64,000 bases of DNA from Bacteroidales bacterium UBA1184. GTDB taxonomy: Bacteria > Bacteroidota > Bacteroidia > Bacteroidales > ML635J-15. This document shows positions 47,301 to 56,015 of this stretch, one piece after another. A program made the translations under genes and the position numbers. The stretch lies in the NCBI GenBank assembly GCA_002310235.1, contig DBYO01000049.1, positions 31,215-95,214 on the forward strand, in the 5' to 3' direction. The notes beneath the pieces are model-generated. The model searched no databases. It had not been told where the DNA came from and saw only the letters and a list, made by a program, of their open reading frames with translations. Within the stretch, counting starts at the first letter, position 1; each line of letters starts with the position of its first letter.

Positions 47301-49027
47301 CAAAGCAGGGTGATTTTACGTCAAACGGCGATATGTCGGAGCAAAATTTTCCATATAACAAGTATAAGTGTAAGGCCGACAAGACGATTTGGTATATGGA
47401 CAAAGAAGAACTTGCATTCACTACAAGAAAAGAGATTCTCGACAATATAAAGAATATAGATCCTGAGCAGGATTGGGATAAGTGGGAGTCTGCATTCTTG
47501 AGTAGTTCTAGGTTTGAGTCGTATATGACGGGACAGGATAATTTGGCGTTTTTTGTACCAGAAGCTGTTTATAGTTATACCAGAAACAAGCATGTGATTA
47601 CAGGAAAGAACATTGGTGTGATTAGAGTTGCTGATGCGGCTATATTCCCGTCCGAAGATGTAATCATTAGGGATAATGCTGCTATGGACACCTTGCGAAA
47701 AGCAAAGATTACAGCCAATGTAACAAACGAGTACTATAAATTCTATGATGCAACGGTAAGTATTAAAGGAAAACGCGACTACACGGCAGATGCTTCCTAC
47801 GATTATATCAACGAAACCAAGCAGCCGCAGAAGATTTATTTCTCAGACATTGGCGTTGTAGAAGGCGAAACACGTGCTCATGGCGAAATATTGGAGCCTG
47901 ACAACTACAATATTACAAGACACTTTGCATATCAGGGTAGTGTCAATGTATATGCTGGAATCGATTCTCTCGAATATGTTGGTGCCGCACGTATAAATTA
48001 CGAGTGCGATACAGCTCCACAATGGTTTAAATTTAAGGCTTTTGTCAATCCAGAAGCTGCGTTTATTCCGATAAACAAAGATTTCAAGAGCATAAACAAC
48101 ATGGTTTTGCGAACCTCGATTATGTATGGTAATAATACTGTGTATCCAGCATTTATAGCTAAGCGTAGAGGAACCGCCGATGAGGCGCTATTCGATGTAA
48201 ATGGATATCTTTACTATAATGCAGATTCAAGCCGATATGAGATTTCTTCATTAGAAAAGCTCAACGAGCATAACCTGCCAGGCAACTATATGTCGATCGA
48301 TGAAAGTACATGTAATATCAAAGGAGAAGGACAGTTTATATTTAGTAAGAACCTTACATATACGTTTAACGTAAATTCATTTGGAACCTTCGATTACAAT
48401 GTGGAAACCGATACGGTAACTTTCAATACTACAATGTTTATAAACATGCCGTTACCATCTGCTGCATATGATTATATGGCTAAGACAATACCGGCCACAA
48501 GTTCCGAATTTGTTGACGAAAACGACGAGTCGTATCACATTGCTTTGAAGCAGTTCCTTGATACTGCCGAGTATAACAAATATATGACCAATGTAAGTTT
48601 CGGTAACTACGATAAGTTGCCAAAGATGCTTATCGAAAACAAGGTGGTATTGACCGACCTTAAGTTCATATACGACCGCAAGTCGCAGACTCGCGGGATG
48701 GTATGCGGAGGACCTATAGGTTTTGTTAGTTTCGGAAAACACAGAGTATCTCGATATGTAAGCGGTTTTGTGAGAATAGTAAAGACCAAGGGCGCTGAGG
48801 CTTTCGAAATGCTTGTCGAACCAGATGATAAGACATGGTTCTATTTTATGTATAAGAACGGTGTATTGAAGACCATCTCAAGCGAGGAGAAGTATAATTC
48901 GATTATTGCAGAATCCAAGGAGAAACCGCTCGATAATTATTCTGTAGTGCTAGAAGGTACTGCCGACAAGAACAAGTTTAAGAAGGATATGGACAAAAAA
49001 TTCCAGAATACCGAAAGTGAATACTAG
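44390..49027 (+). CDS. Very large (1545 aa) secreted protein of unknown function
   Basis: Signal peptide MKKLFAILIFGFVALGASAQ. I see no internal repeats, no recognisable catalytic motif and no T9SS tail. Coding is supported by an uninterrupted 4.6-kb frame. Confidence 0.7.
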   Translation: MKKLFAILIFGFVALGASAQFTMEPTKFGKEFAQQLTFTGDMRKDGAGMQKEFLAFWQSDTLTSPQRDNFIRTVNQLLSKGCKPYPDFVRFTNILMTFKRRGYDYSQYEKYEKTLQDMVAAGRKTRVNDLSEFLMNINLLVTKNIIANNQRTNWTVNKMNFLFLHENGSFKIKFDDVDLVGHQDRDSLKLYATSGVLDPIAKTWVGKGGTLGWERVGYPIDSMSVIVDNYTLNMTEIALKADSVVFHNKYYFTQDLMGDLLDKAQNGEKPYKSSYPRFTSYSQNFDIKDIVKDVDYRGGLSVRGRNFIGSGTDNNKAEIRITKNDSVSFSAYANSFVFDPEKIVSDDCEIVLRLGTDSIYHPSVTMRYTLVKRKFEKEQQEKTGRNRKAEKQYDYKENGYLEVIRTKEGRSNINFVDTYHQLSMDFTSLKWVIDKPVIDLATINTQGTPSEVVFESADYYTYDKYRALKKQDARNPLEVIASVVSYVGGYPEFTLTDLCNYMKVGRDQALQLVYAMTYKGYISYDQSKEIIKVHDETWRFLAAHNGDSDSDVILFYSKVKSAEGVMVDKDTKQVVQSAIGNDTVANAKLSLANFDLKMFGVPYVHLSDSQNVTVYPKGNKLVIQKNRNFIFDGLLQAGQFYMYGSGFRFDYGMFKIDVPNCDSMKIVAMTTPEMGFLDQNGQTKVAIVRNKLENLSGDFYIDYPNNKSGFADYKEYPKLVSKKDSYVYYDSPQVYNGIYERDKFYFKIDPFTLDSIEGYNKDNIHFSGVLVSGGIIPDLNETLVVRQSDWSLGFEYKTPASGMPIYNGKATFKNVIDLSNKGLRADGTINYLSTTFSDAYVTLFPDEMEGHSKNMVMEQRKSPVEFPKVVGVENSLRWKVSKDKFHVEKDTSNFVMYDGKAKLDGNLVITSKGLHGEGTTFIDKAMLESKDFVYNKDVFDADTADFSIFGANVSDRVFDGSGQKAHIDFLAKQGDFTSNGDMSEQNFPYNKYKCKADKTIWYMDKEELAFTTRKEILDNIKNIDPEQDWDKWESAFLSSSRFESYMTGQDNLAFFVPEAVYSYTRNKHVITGKNIGVIRVADAAIFPSEDVIIRDNAAMDTLRKAKITANVTNEYYKFYDATVSIKGKRDYTADASYDYINETKQPQKIYFSDIGVVEGETRAHGEILEPDNYNITRHFAYQGSVNVYAGIDSLEYVGAARINYECDTAPQWFKFKAFVNPEAAFIPINKDFKSINNMVLRTSIMYGNNTVYPAFIAKRRGTADEALFDVNGYLYYNADSSRYEISSLEKLNEHNLPGNYMSIDESTCNIKGEGQFIFSKNLTYTFNVNSFGTFDYNVETDTVTFNTTMFINMPLPSAAYDYMAKTIPATSSEFVDENDESYHIALKQFLDTAEYNKYMTNVSFGNYDKLPKMLIENKVVLTDLKFIYDRKSQTRGMVCGGPIGFVSFGKHRVSRYVSGFVRIVKTKGAEAFEMLVEPDDKTWFYFMYKNGVLKTISSEEKYNSIIAESKEKPLDNYSVVLEGTADKNKFKKDMDKKFQNTESEY

Positions 49028-50300
49028 GTCGTTTGTATATATATTGCTGATAGTTGTGCTCGCATCGTTAGGCGGCTGCTTTACTTTGCCGCAGAATAAT
49101 GCTACATCTAATGCTGTCCAGTCTAAGTCAAATGCTTCCGATTTTTCGGCAATGTACAATCCTAGCAGTTCTGTTGTGAATCCTCAGATCGCGACAGCAG
49201 TTCTGTCCGAAAATGAAGCCGATGTTTTCTTTAGGATTAGGACACAGGAAATAAAAAACGCTCTAGCAAATCCTTTAAATAAAGAATTTGGTCTGTATGT
49301 GAAATATTATCTTCGCCGTGCCGATGATTTCCATATTGTCGATACCGCTTCTATGCGATTTAGCTTTAATGTGTTAGACGGAGAATACGTGTATGGCCAT
49401 TTCAAAATTGGAATTAGAGAAAATATTCGCTATAAGTTGGTTGTTGATTTTGTAAACATGCAATACAATGTCCGCAAGCGGCTTTTATGTGATATAAAGA
49501 ACACACAAGGTTTCCATGATGGCAACTTTATGGTAAAAACTCTTTCTGGAGAGATTCTTTTTTCAAATGTAGTGAGGTCTGGTCAGCCTATCCGCGTGTT
49601 TGGTCCACGTAATAAGGAAACTGTTGATGTGGAGTATTATGCACAGAAACCATATGTTCCTCTATCTCCGTATTGGAGTTCTTCTTTAAAATCCGCGACT
49701 ATTCCTGATTCCGTTTTCAGGTATAGATTTGGCGATACTATAAGTTTTGAGGCTCCTGGCTTATATGCATTGGGTTCTACGCAAAAGAATGATAAATTTG
49801 GCATAGTGGTTACTAAAAATCTTATGTATCCTAATGTAACTACTGTTGCCGATATGCTTGAACCAATGAAACTTATATGTACAGGACGCGAATATGAATT
49901 GATTGATTCTTCTTCAAATACCAAAAAGTCCGTCGATGCTTTTTGGCTTGGACTATCGAAGAACGAAAAGAATGCCAAGGAGCAGATACGTGTTTTTTAT
50001 AGCCGCGTTGCATTGTCAAACATGCTGTTTGCCAGTAGCGATGAGGGGTGGCGTACCGATCGGGGGATGATATATATTATGTTGGGGCCTCCAACAGTCG
50101 TTAATATTACGCCTACTAGTGAGGAGTGGTCGTATGGTAGCGGCCAGCAAAGCATGGTGTTTACTTTTGAAAATTATTCGGGACTTCGTAACGACTTTTC
50201 GTTGCTTAGGTCTAATACATATCAGTCTATCTGGCAGCAGGTACTGGCAACCTGGCGGTCGGGTAAAATATTTACAGTATCAAAATTGAACAATGAGTGA
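49017..50300 (+). CDS. GWxTD-domain lipoprotein
   Basis: The GTG start overlaps the upstream stop by 11 nt. Lipobox LASLGGC. The C-terminal block SSDEGWRTDRGMIYIMLGPP is the GWxTD signature. Confidence 0.8.
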   Translation: MNTRSFVYILLIVVLASLGGCFTLPQNNATSNAVQSKSNASDFSAMYNPSSSVVNPQIATAVLSENEADVFFRIRTQEIKNALANPLNKEFGLYVKYYLRRADDFHIVDTASMRFSFNVLDGEYVYGHFKIGIRENIRYKLVVDFVNMQYNVRKRLLCDIKNTQGFHDGNFMVKTLSGEILFSNVVRSGQPIRVFGPRNKETVDVEYYAQKPYVPLSPYWSSSLKSATIPDSVFRYRFGDTISFEAPGLYALGSTQKNDKFGIVVTKNLMYPNVTTVADMLEPMKLICTGREYELIDSSSNTKKSVDAFWLGLSKNEKNAKEQIRVFYSRVALSNMLFASSDEGWRTDRGMIYIMLGPPTVVNITPTSEEWSYGSGQQSMVFTFENYSGLRNDFSLLRSNTYQSIWQQVLATWRSGKIFTVSKLNNE

Positions 50301-51042
50301 TTTTATTTTTGGAATAAGGCCTGTGCTCGAGGCAATAAATGCTGGGCAGCAGATTGACAAGGTTCTTGTAAGGCAGAACATGACGGGTGACCTTTCGGTG
50401 GAACTTATGGCTACGTTGCGACGCAACAAACTGAATATACAGTATGTGCCAGCCGAAAAACTTGACAAGATTACAAACCGAAATCATCAAGGGGTGGTGG
50501 CATACATTTCTCCAGTTTCGTATCAGAACCTTGAAAATGTTGTGATGTCTGCTTTTGAAGAAGGGCGTAATCCTATTGTTGTAATCCTTGATGGAATTAC
50601 CGATGTACGCAACTTTGGTGCTATCGCCCGTACATGCGAATGTGCTGGAGTGACAGCCATCGTGATTCCTGAAACTAATTCGGCAAGAATTACCGAGGAT
50701 GCAATAAAGACTTCGGCGGGTGCACTATACAATATTCCTGTATGTCGCGAAAAAAATCTGGTTGATTCAGTTCTCTTCCTTCAACAAAGTGGTTTCACGG
50801 TGTATGCTGCTACCGAAAAGACAGAAAATGTGGTTTATAACGAGGATTTTTCACAGCCTACGGCATTGATTATGGGCGCCGAGGATGTCGGTGTTTCGAA
50901 GACTATGCAGAAACGCGCCGATAGGCTTGTTAAGATACCTATGTACGGCAAGACAGAGTCTCTCAATGTTTCAGTGTCAACAGCTGTATTGGTGTACGAG
51001 GTGGTGCGTCAGCAAAGTGCAAATAAAAATGATGTTAAATAG
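50293..51042 (+). CDS. rlmB: 23S rRNA (guanosine-2'-O)-methyltransferase, RlmB-like (SpoU family)
   Basis: N-terminal substrate-binding domain (FGIRPVLEAINAG) plus SpoU motifs (LDGITDVRNFGAIARTCE, LIMGAEDVGVS, ESLNVSVS). Confidence 0.85.
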   Translation: MSDFIFGIRPVLEAINAGQQIDKVLVRQNMTGDLSVELMATLRRNKLNIQYVPAEKLDKITNRNHQGVVAYISPVSYQNLENVVMSAFEEGRNPIVVILDGITDVRNFGAIARTCECAGVTAIVIPETNSARITEDAIKTSAGALYNIPVCREKNLVDSVLFLQQSGFTVYAATEKTENVVYNEDFSQPTALIMGAEDVGVSKTMQKRADRLVKIPMYGKTESLNVSVSTAVLVYEVVRQQSANKNDVK

Positions 51043-51060
51043 TATTAAAAAATAAGATAT

Positions 51061-52578
51061 ATGCAAAAGGTTATTAAATCGGCTTTGATTTCCGTGTTCG
51101 ACAAGCACGATTTGGATTTGGTTGTCAAGAATTTGAGCAACTATGGTGTAAAAATTTATTCTACTGGGGGAACCTATGATTTTATTTCTTCTCTCGACGT
51201 TGAGGTTACAAAGGTTGAGGATGTTACAGGTTATCCATCTATTCTTGACGGCAGGGTAAAGACTTTGCATCCTAAGATTTTTGGCGGTATTCTTGCTGTT
51301 CGTGAAGAAGAAAGCCATATGGAACAGGTTGCTCAGTATGAAATTCCAGAAATTGATCTTGTTATTGTTGACTTGTATCCGTTTGAGCAGACGGTGAAGT
51401 CTAATGCTTCGGAAAGCGATATCATTGAGAAAATTGATATAGGTGGAATTTCGTTGATAAGGGCAGCCGCCAAGAACTATAAGGATGTTTTGATTGTTTC
51501 GCATAAGGGACAATATCAGGAGCTTTGCAATATTATTGAAGAAAACGGATGTTCTACCGATCTCGAAACTCGTCGTAGATTCGCTCGCGAAGCGTTTGGT
51601 ATAAGTTCTAATTACGATTCCGCAATTTTTAATTGGTTCGACGATAATTCAATGTCACAACTAAAACTTTCGCAGCGTGAATATATGCCTTTGCGCTATG
51701 GCGAGAATCCTCATCAGGAAGCAAAATTCTTCGGTAATTTCGACGATATGTTCCATAAACTTCACGGTAAGGAGGTTAGTTACAACAATATTCTCGATAT
51801 TGATGCTGGTATAAACCTCATACGCGAATTCGAAGATACGACAGTTGCAATACTCAAGCACAACAATGCATGCGGTATTGCCACACGCAGTACTTTGCTT
51901 AAGGCATGGAAAGATGCTCTTGCCTGCGACCCAGTGTCGGCATATGGAGGTATAATTGTCACAAACCGTCCTATTGATCGTGAGGTAGCCCAGGAAATCA
52001 ATAAGATTTTCTTTGAGGTTATAATAGCTCCCGATTTTACAAAAGAGGCCCTCGAGGTGCTAGAGCAGAAGAAAAACCGCATAATCCTTGTTCAAAAGCA
52101 TAATAATGTATCGAAACATGTGTTGCGCAGTGCAATAAATGGCGTTTTGGTGCAAGATAGAGATACTCGTATCGAAGGTATGGATGATTTGAAGTATGTT
52201 ACCAACGAGAAACCAACCGGTGCACAAATTCAGGATTTATTCTTTGCCAATAAGATTGTGAAGAGCACCAAGTCGAATGCCATTGTTTTGGTCAAGAATG
52301 CTCAGCTTCTCGCAAGCGGAACAGGCCAGACTTCGCGTGTTGATGCTTTGAAACAGGCTATCGAAAAGGCAAAGAGTTTCGGATTTGAACTCGAAGGCGC
52401 TGTCATGGCTTCTGATGCTTTCTTCCCGTTTGCCGATTCTATCGAAATAGCATACAAGGAAGGAATTTCGGCTGTTATTCAGCCAGGTGGCTCTATCCGC
52501 GACGAGGATACAATAAACTACTGCAATGAGAACAAGATTCCTATGGTTTTCACAGGAATAAGACATTTCAGGCACTAA
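51061..52578 (+). CDS. purH: Bifunctional AICAR formyltransferase / IMP cyclohydrolase
   Basis: Has ALISVFDK..STGGT, TLHPKIFGGIL, LRYGENPHQ and a C-terminus ending FTGIRHFRH. Confidence 0.97.
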   Translation: MQKVIKSALISVFDKHDLDLVVKNLSNYGVKIYSTGGTYDFISSLDVEVTKVEDVTGYPSILDGRVKTLHPKIFGGILAVREEESHMEQVAQYEIPEIDLVIVDLYPFEQTVKSNASESDIIEKIDIGGISLIRAAAKNYKDVLIVSHKGQYQELCNIIEENGCSTDLETRRRFAREAFGISSNYDSAIFNWFDDNSMSQLKLSQREYMPLRYGENPHQEAKFFGNFDDMFHKLHGKEVSYNNILDIDAGINLIREFEDTTVAILKHNNACGIATRSTLLKAWKDALACDPVSAYGGIIVTNRPIDREVAQEINKIFFEVIIAPDFTKEALEVLEQKKNRIILVQKHNNVSKHVLRSAINGVLVQDRDTRIEGMDDLKYVTNEKPTGAQIQDLFFANKIVKSTKSNAIVLVKNAQLLASGTGQTSRVDALKQAIEKAKSFGFELEGAVMASDAFFPFADSIEIAYKEGISAVIQPGGSIRDEDTINYCNENKIPMVFTGIRHFRH

Positions 52579-52602
52579 AAACAGACTATTAAACTTACCA
52601 TT

Positions 52603-53415
52603 ATGTCGGTACATAAGGAAATAAAGAAGGTTACGACTCACATTCTTCAGGAAATGAAGAATCGTGGCGAAAAGATTTCGATGCTCACAGCATACGACTA
52701 TAGTATGGCAAAAATTATCGACAAGGCAGGTATTGACGTAATACTTGTCGGTGATTCTGCTTCGAATGTGATGGCTGGCTACGAAACGACCTTGCCGATA
52801 ACTCTCGACGAGATGATTTACCATGCCAAAAGCGTTGTCCGCGCTGTCGATAGGGCATTGGTGGTTGTGGATTTGCCGTTTGGAACCTATCAGAGCAACT
52901 CCAAAGAGGCTTTGTCGTCGGCAATACGCATAATGAAGGAAACTGGTGCAGGTGCCGTGAAACTAGAAGGCGGAATGGAATCAGAAGAGTCCATCAAGCG
53001 AATTTTGTCGGCAGGTATTCCTATTATGGGACATCTGGGTCTGACCCCACAGAGTATAAACAAGTTTGGAACCTATGCTGTTCGTGCCAAGGATGATGAG
53101 GAGGCTTCTCGCTTGGTTGAAGATGCATATCTGCTTCAGGAATTGGGTTGCTTTGCAATTGTGTTGGAAAAGATTCCAGCTAGCCTTACATCGCGCATTG
53201 TTTCTGAAATCAAGATTCCGATCATTGGTATTGGTGCTGGTGCTGCCGACGGACAGGTGCTTGTAATGCATGATATGCTTGGTATTACTCAGGAGTTCTC
53301 TCCACGCTTCCTGCGTCGCTATGCCGACCTGGACAAGGTTATTACCGATGCGGTATCAAATTACATCAGCGATGTAAAGTCGGAGAATTTTCCGAACGAA
53401 CAGGAACAGTACTGA
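52603..53415 (+). CDS. panB: 3-methyl-2-oxobutanoate hydroxymethyltransferase
   Basis: Has [30 protein letters not shown] and GHLGLTPQS. Confidence 0.95.
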   Translation: MSVHKEIKKVTTHILQEMKNRGEKISMLTAYDYSMAKIIDKAGIDVILVGDSASNVMAGYETTLPITLDEMIYHAKSVVRAVDRALVVVDLPFGTYQSNSKEALSSAIRIMKETGAGAVKLEGGMESEESIKRILSAGIPIMGHLGLTPQSINKFGTYAVRAKDDEEASRLVEDAYLLQELGCFAIVLEKIPASLTSRIVSEIKIPIIGIGAGAADGQVLVMHDMLGITQEFSPRFLRRYADLDKVITDAVSNYISDVKSENFPNEQEQY

Positions 53416-53431
53416 CAAACTTTGTTGTATC

Positions 53432-54118
53432 ATGGCTGAAAATCAGAATACAACTATTGATATTCTTTACGAAGACAATCATATAATTGCTGTTAACAAG
53501 CAGGCCGGTCAGATTGTGCAAGGTGACAATACTGGCGACAAGCCATTGTCTGAGATATTGAAATCATATATAAAGGAACGAGATCACAAACCTGGGAATG
53601 TTTTTCTCGGTGTTCCGCATCGTATCGACCGTCCAGTGAGCGGAGTGGTGCTTTTCGCAAAGACGAGCAAGGCATTGACTCGTTTGAGCGAACTTTTCCG
53701 CACAAAGGATGCTCATAAGACATATCTTGCAGTTGTAGGCAACAAGCCACCAAAGGATAGCGATACTCTTGTCGATTACATATATAGAAATGTAAAACAG
53801 AACAAGTCGTATGTAGTTGACGAGAAGCATCCTGAAGCCAAACGCTCCAGTTTGTCATATAAAGTAGTAGGTCATTCGGAGCGTTATTATTTGCTTGAGG
53901 TTGACTTGCATACCGGGCGGCATCATCAGATTCGTTGCCAACTCGCAAACATGGGGTGTCCTATTCGTGGCGATTTGAAGTACGGCTATCCGCGTTCCAA
54001 CAAAAATGGCGGAATCAACCTCCATGCTGCGCGCATTACATTTACGCACCCAGTGAAAAAGGAAGAAATTGTCATTGTGGCTCCGTTCCCCGATGAAAAG
54101 ATATGGAGGATATTTTGA
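53432..54118 (+). CDS. RluA-family RNA pseudouridine synthase
   Basis: Has the catalytic motif HRIDRPVSGVVLFAK and the HQIRCQLA block. Confidence 0.85.
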   Translation: MAENQNTTIDILYEDNHIIAVNKQAGQIVQGDNTGDKPLSEILKSYIKERDHKPGNVFLGVPHRIDRPVSGVVLFAKTSKALTRLSELFRTKDAHKTYLAVVGNKPPKDSDTLVDYIYRNVKQNKSYVVDEKHPEAKRSSLSYKVVGHSERYYLLEVDLHTGRHHQIRCQLANMGCPIRGDLKYGYPRSNKNGGINLHAARITFTHPVKKEEIVIVAPFPDEKIWRIF

Positions 54119-54128
54119 GTAGTAGAAT

Positions 54129-56009
54129 ATGGAAAGTCTTCTTCAGGCAGAAAACATAAGCAAGCGCTACGGTGACAAACTGTTGTTTGAAAACATCAGC
54201 CTTAGCATAGGTGATGGACAGAAAATAGCATTAGTCGCCAAGAACGGGACTGGAAAAACTTCATTGCTTAATATTCTTGCTGGTGTCGATTCTTCAGATA
54301 GCGGAAAATTGAGCCGTCGTCGCGATGTTAGAATAGGATACCTGCCTCAGGAAATAGATATGAATCCTGACCGTACTGTGCTTGATGCAGTGTTTGTGCT
54401 TGAAAATGAGATTACTCAAACTATACGTCAGTACAACGATTGTCTGTATTCCGAATCGCACGAAGTGTTACCATCTTTACTCGATAAGATGGATGCCCTC
54501 AATGCATGGGACTACGAATCGCGTATCAGGCAGATACTTGGTAAACTCGACATTCACGACCTTGACAAAAAAATCGGAACTCTTAGCGGCGGGCAAAAAA
54601 AGCGTGTCGCACTTGCGGGACTACTTATATGTGAACCGCAGCTTCTGATACTAGATGAGCCGACAAATCAATTGGACCTCAATGTGATAGAATGGCTTGA
54701 AGATTTTCTTTCAACAGCCAATATTACTATATTCATGGTAACGCATGACCGCTATTTTCTGGATCGTATTTGCGATACGATAATTGAACTAGATGGCGGT
54801 AAAACATATTCGTATTCAGGTAATTATACATATTATGTTGAGAAACGTGCCGAACGTATAGAGAATTTACAGGCAAATATTGAGCGTGCGCAGAATCTTA
54901 TGCGGACAGAACAGGAGTGGATTCGTCGTATGCCCAAAGCGCGTTCTCACAAGGCAAAATATAGAATCGATGAGTTTGAAAACCTAAAAGCAAAGGCTTC
55001 GCAGCGAATCGACAATAGAAAATTGGAACTTGATGTCGCCAACCAAAGGCTTGGGAAGAAGATAATTGATATATACAATGTGTCTAAATCATTTGGAGAC
55101 CAAAGGATTATCAATGAATTTTCCTACAAGGTTTCGAGAGGTGAAAAAATAGGTATAGTAGGGCGAAATGGAGTAGGAAAGACGACTTTTTTGAACCTTA
55201 TTACAGGAAATCTTGCTCCTGACAGCGGACATATAGAGATTGGTCAGACTGTAAAATTTGCATATTATACGCAAGATGGCATCTCATTTAACGACGATGA
55301 CAAGCCTATAGACATTGTGCGCAAGATTTCCGATGATGTGAAGTTACGTGATGGCAAGAGTTTTTCGGCATCAGGTTTGCTAAATTATTTTATGTTTACC
55401 GGTGACATGCAGCACACGCTTGTGCGCAAGCTTAGTGGAGGCGAGAAGCGTAGGTTATACTTATGTACTGTGCTAATTCAGCAACCCAATGTTCTGATAA
55501 TGGATGAGCCAACAAACGATTTGGACATTACAACCTTGCAGGTCTTGGAAGAATACTTGACCATGATAGATGCTACTGTCATAATTGTGTCGCACGACCG
55601 TTTTTTCATGGACAAGATAGTTGACCATATTTTCGTTTTTGAAGGAGATGGGAGAATCGCTGATTTTCCTGGCAACTATACGCAGTTCCGTGATTCACGG
55701 GAATATGTGCGATATATGGAGTCCGTTATGCCAAAGGAAATAAAGCCTGTTGCAACGGAACCTCGTAAGCCAGTACAGCCGCCAGCACCTAAGAAAAAAC
55801 TTTCGTATAATGAGCAACGTGAATACGAAATGCTTGAAAAGGAGCTAGAAGATTTGAATGCAAAGAGGGTTACAATGGAGGAAGAGATGAACTCAGGAAA
55901 TCTCTCTCCATTTGAGATTGTTGCAAAATCATCGGAATATTCGCAACTTATCGAAAGTATCGATGCAAAGGAAATGCGTTGGCTCGAACTTGCCGAAAAG
56001 TTGGAATAG
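54129..56009 (+). CDS. ABC-F family ATPase (Uup/EttA-like; no TM domain)
   Basis: Two cassettes: Walker A motifs GKNGTGKTS and GRNGVGKTT, signature motifs LSGGQKKR and LSGGEKRR, plus a C-terminal coiled-coil tail. Confidence 0.9.
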   Translation: MESLLQAENISKRYGDKLLFENISLSIGDGQKIALVAKNGTGKTSLLNILAGVDSSDSGKLSRRRDVRIGYLPQEIDMNPDRTVLDAVFVLENEITQTIRQYNDCLYSESHEVLPSLLDKMDALNAWDYESRIRQILGKLDIHDLDKKIGTLSGGQKKRVALAGLLICEPQLLILDEPTNQLDLNVIEWLEDFLSTANITIFMVTHDRYFLDRICDTIIELDGGKTYSYSGNYTYYVEKRAERIENLQANIERAQNLMRTEQEWIRRMPKARSHKAKYRIDEFENLKAKASQRIDNRKLELDVANQRLGKKIIDIYNVSKSFGDQRIINEFSYKVSRGEKIGIVGRNGVGKTTFLNLITGNLAPDSGHIEIGQTVKFAYYTQDGISFNDDDKPIDIVRKISDDVKLRDGKSFSASGLLNYFMFTGDMQHTLVRKLSGGEKRRLYLCTVLIQQPNVLIMDEPTNDLDITTLQVLEEYLTMIDATVIIVSHDRFFMDKIVDHIFVFEGDGRIADFPGNYTQFRDSREYVRYMESVMPKEIKPVATEPRKPVQPPAPKKKLSYNEQREYEMLEKELEDLNAKRVTMEEEMNSGNLSPFEIVAKSSEYSQLIESIDAKEMRWLELAEKLE

Positions 56010-56015
56010 GGGGTG

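Noticed and set aside
56010-56015. A missing terminator between the convergent ABC-F and LRR genes, which are only 6 nt apart.
   Set aside because: There is nothing to annotate. I note only that no hairpin fits in the gap and none is evident in the gene ends, and I consider this unremarkable.
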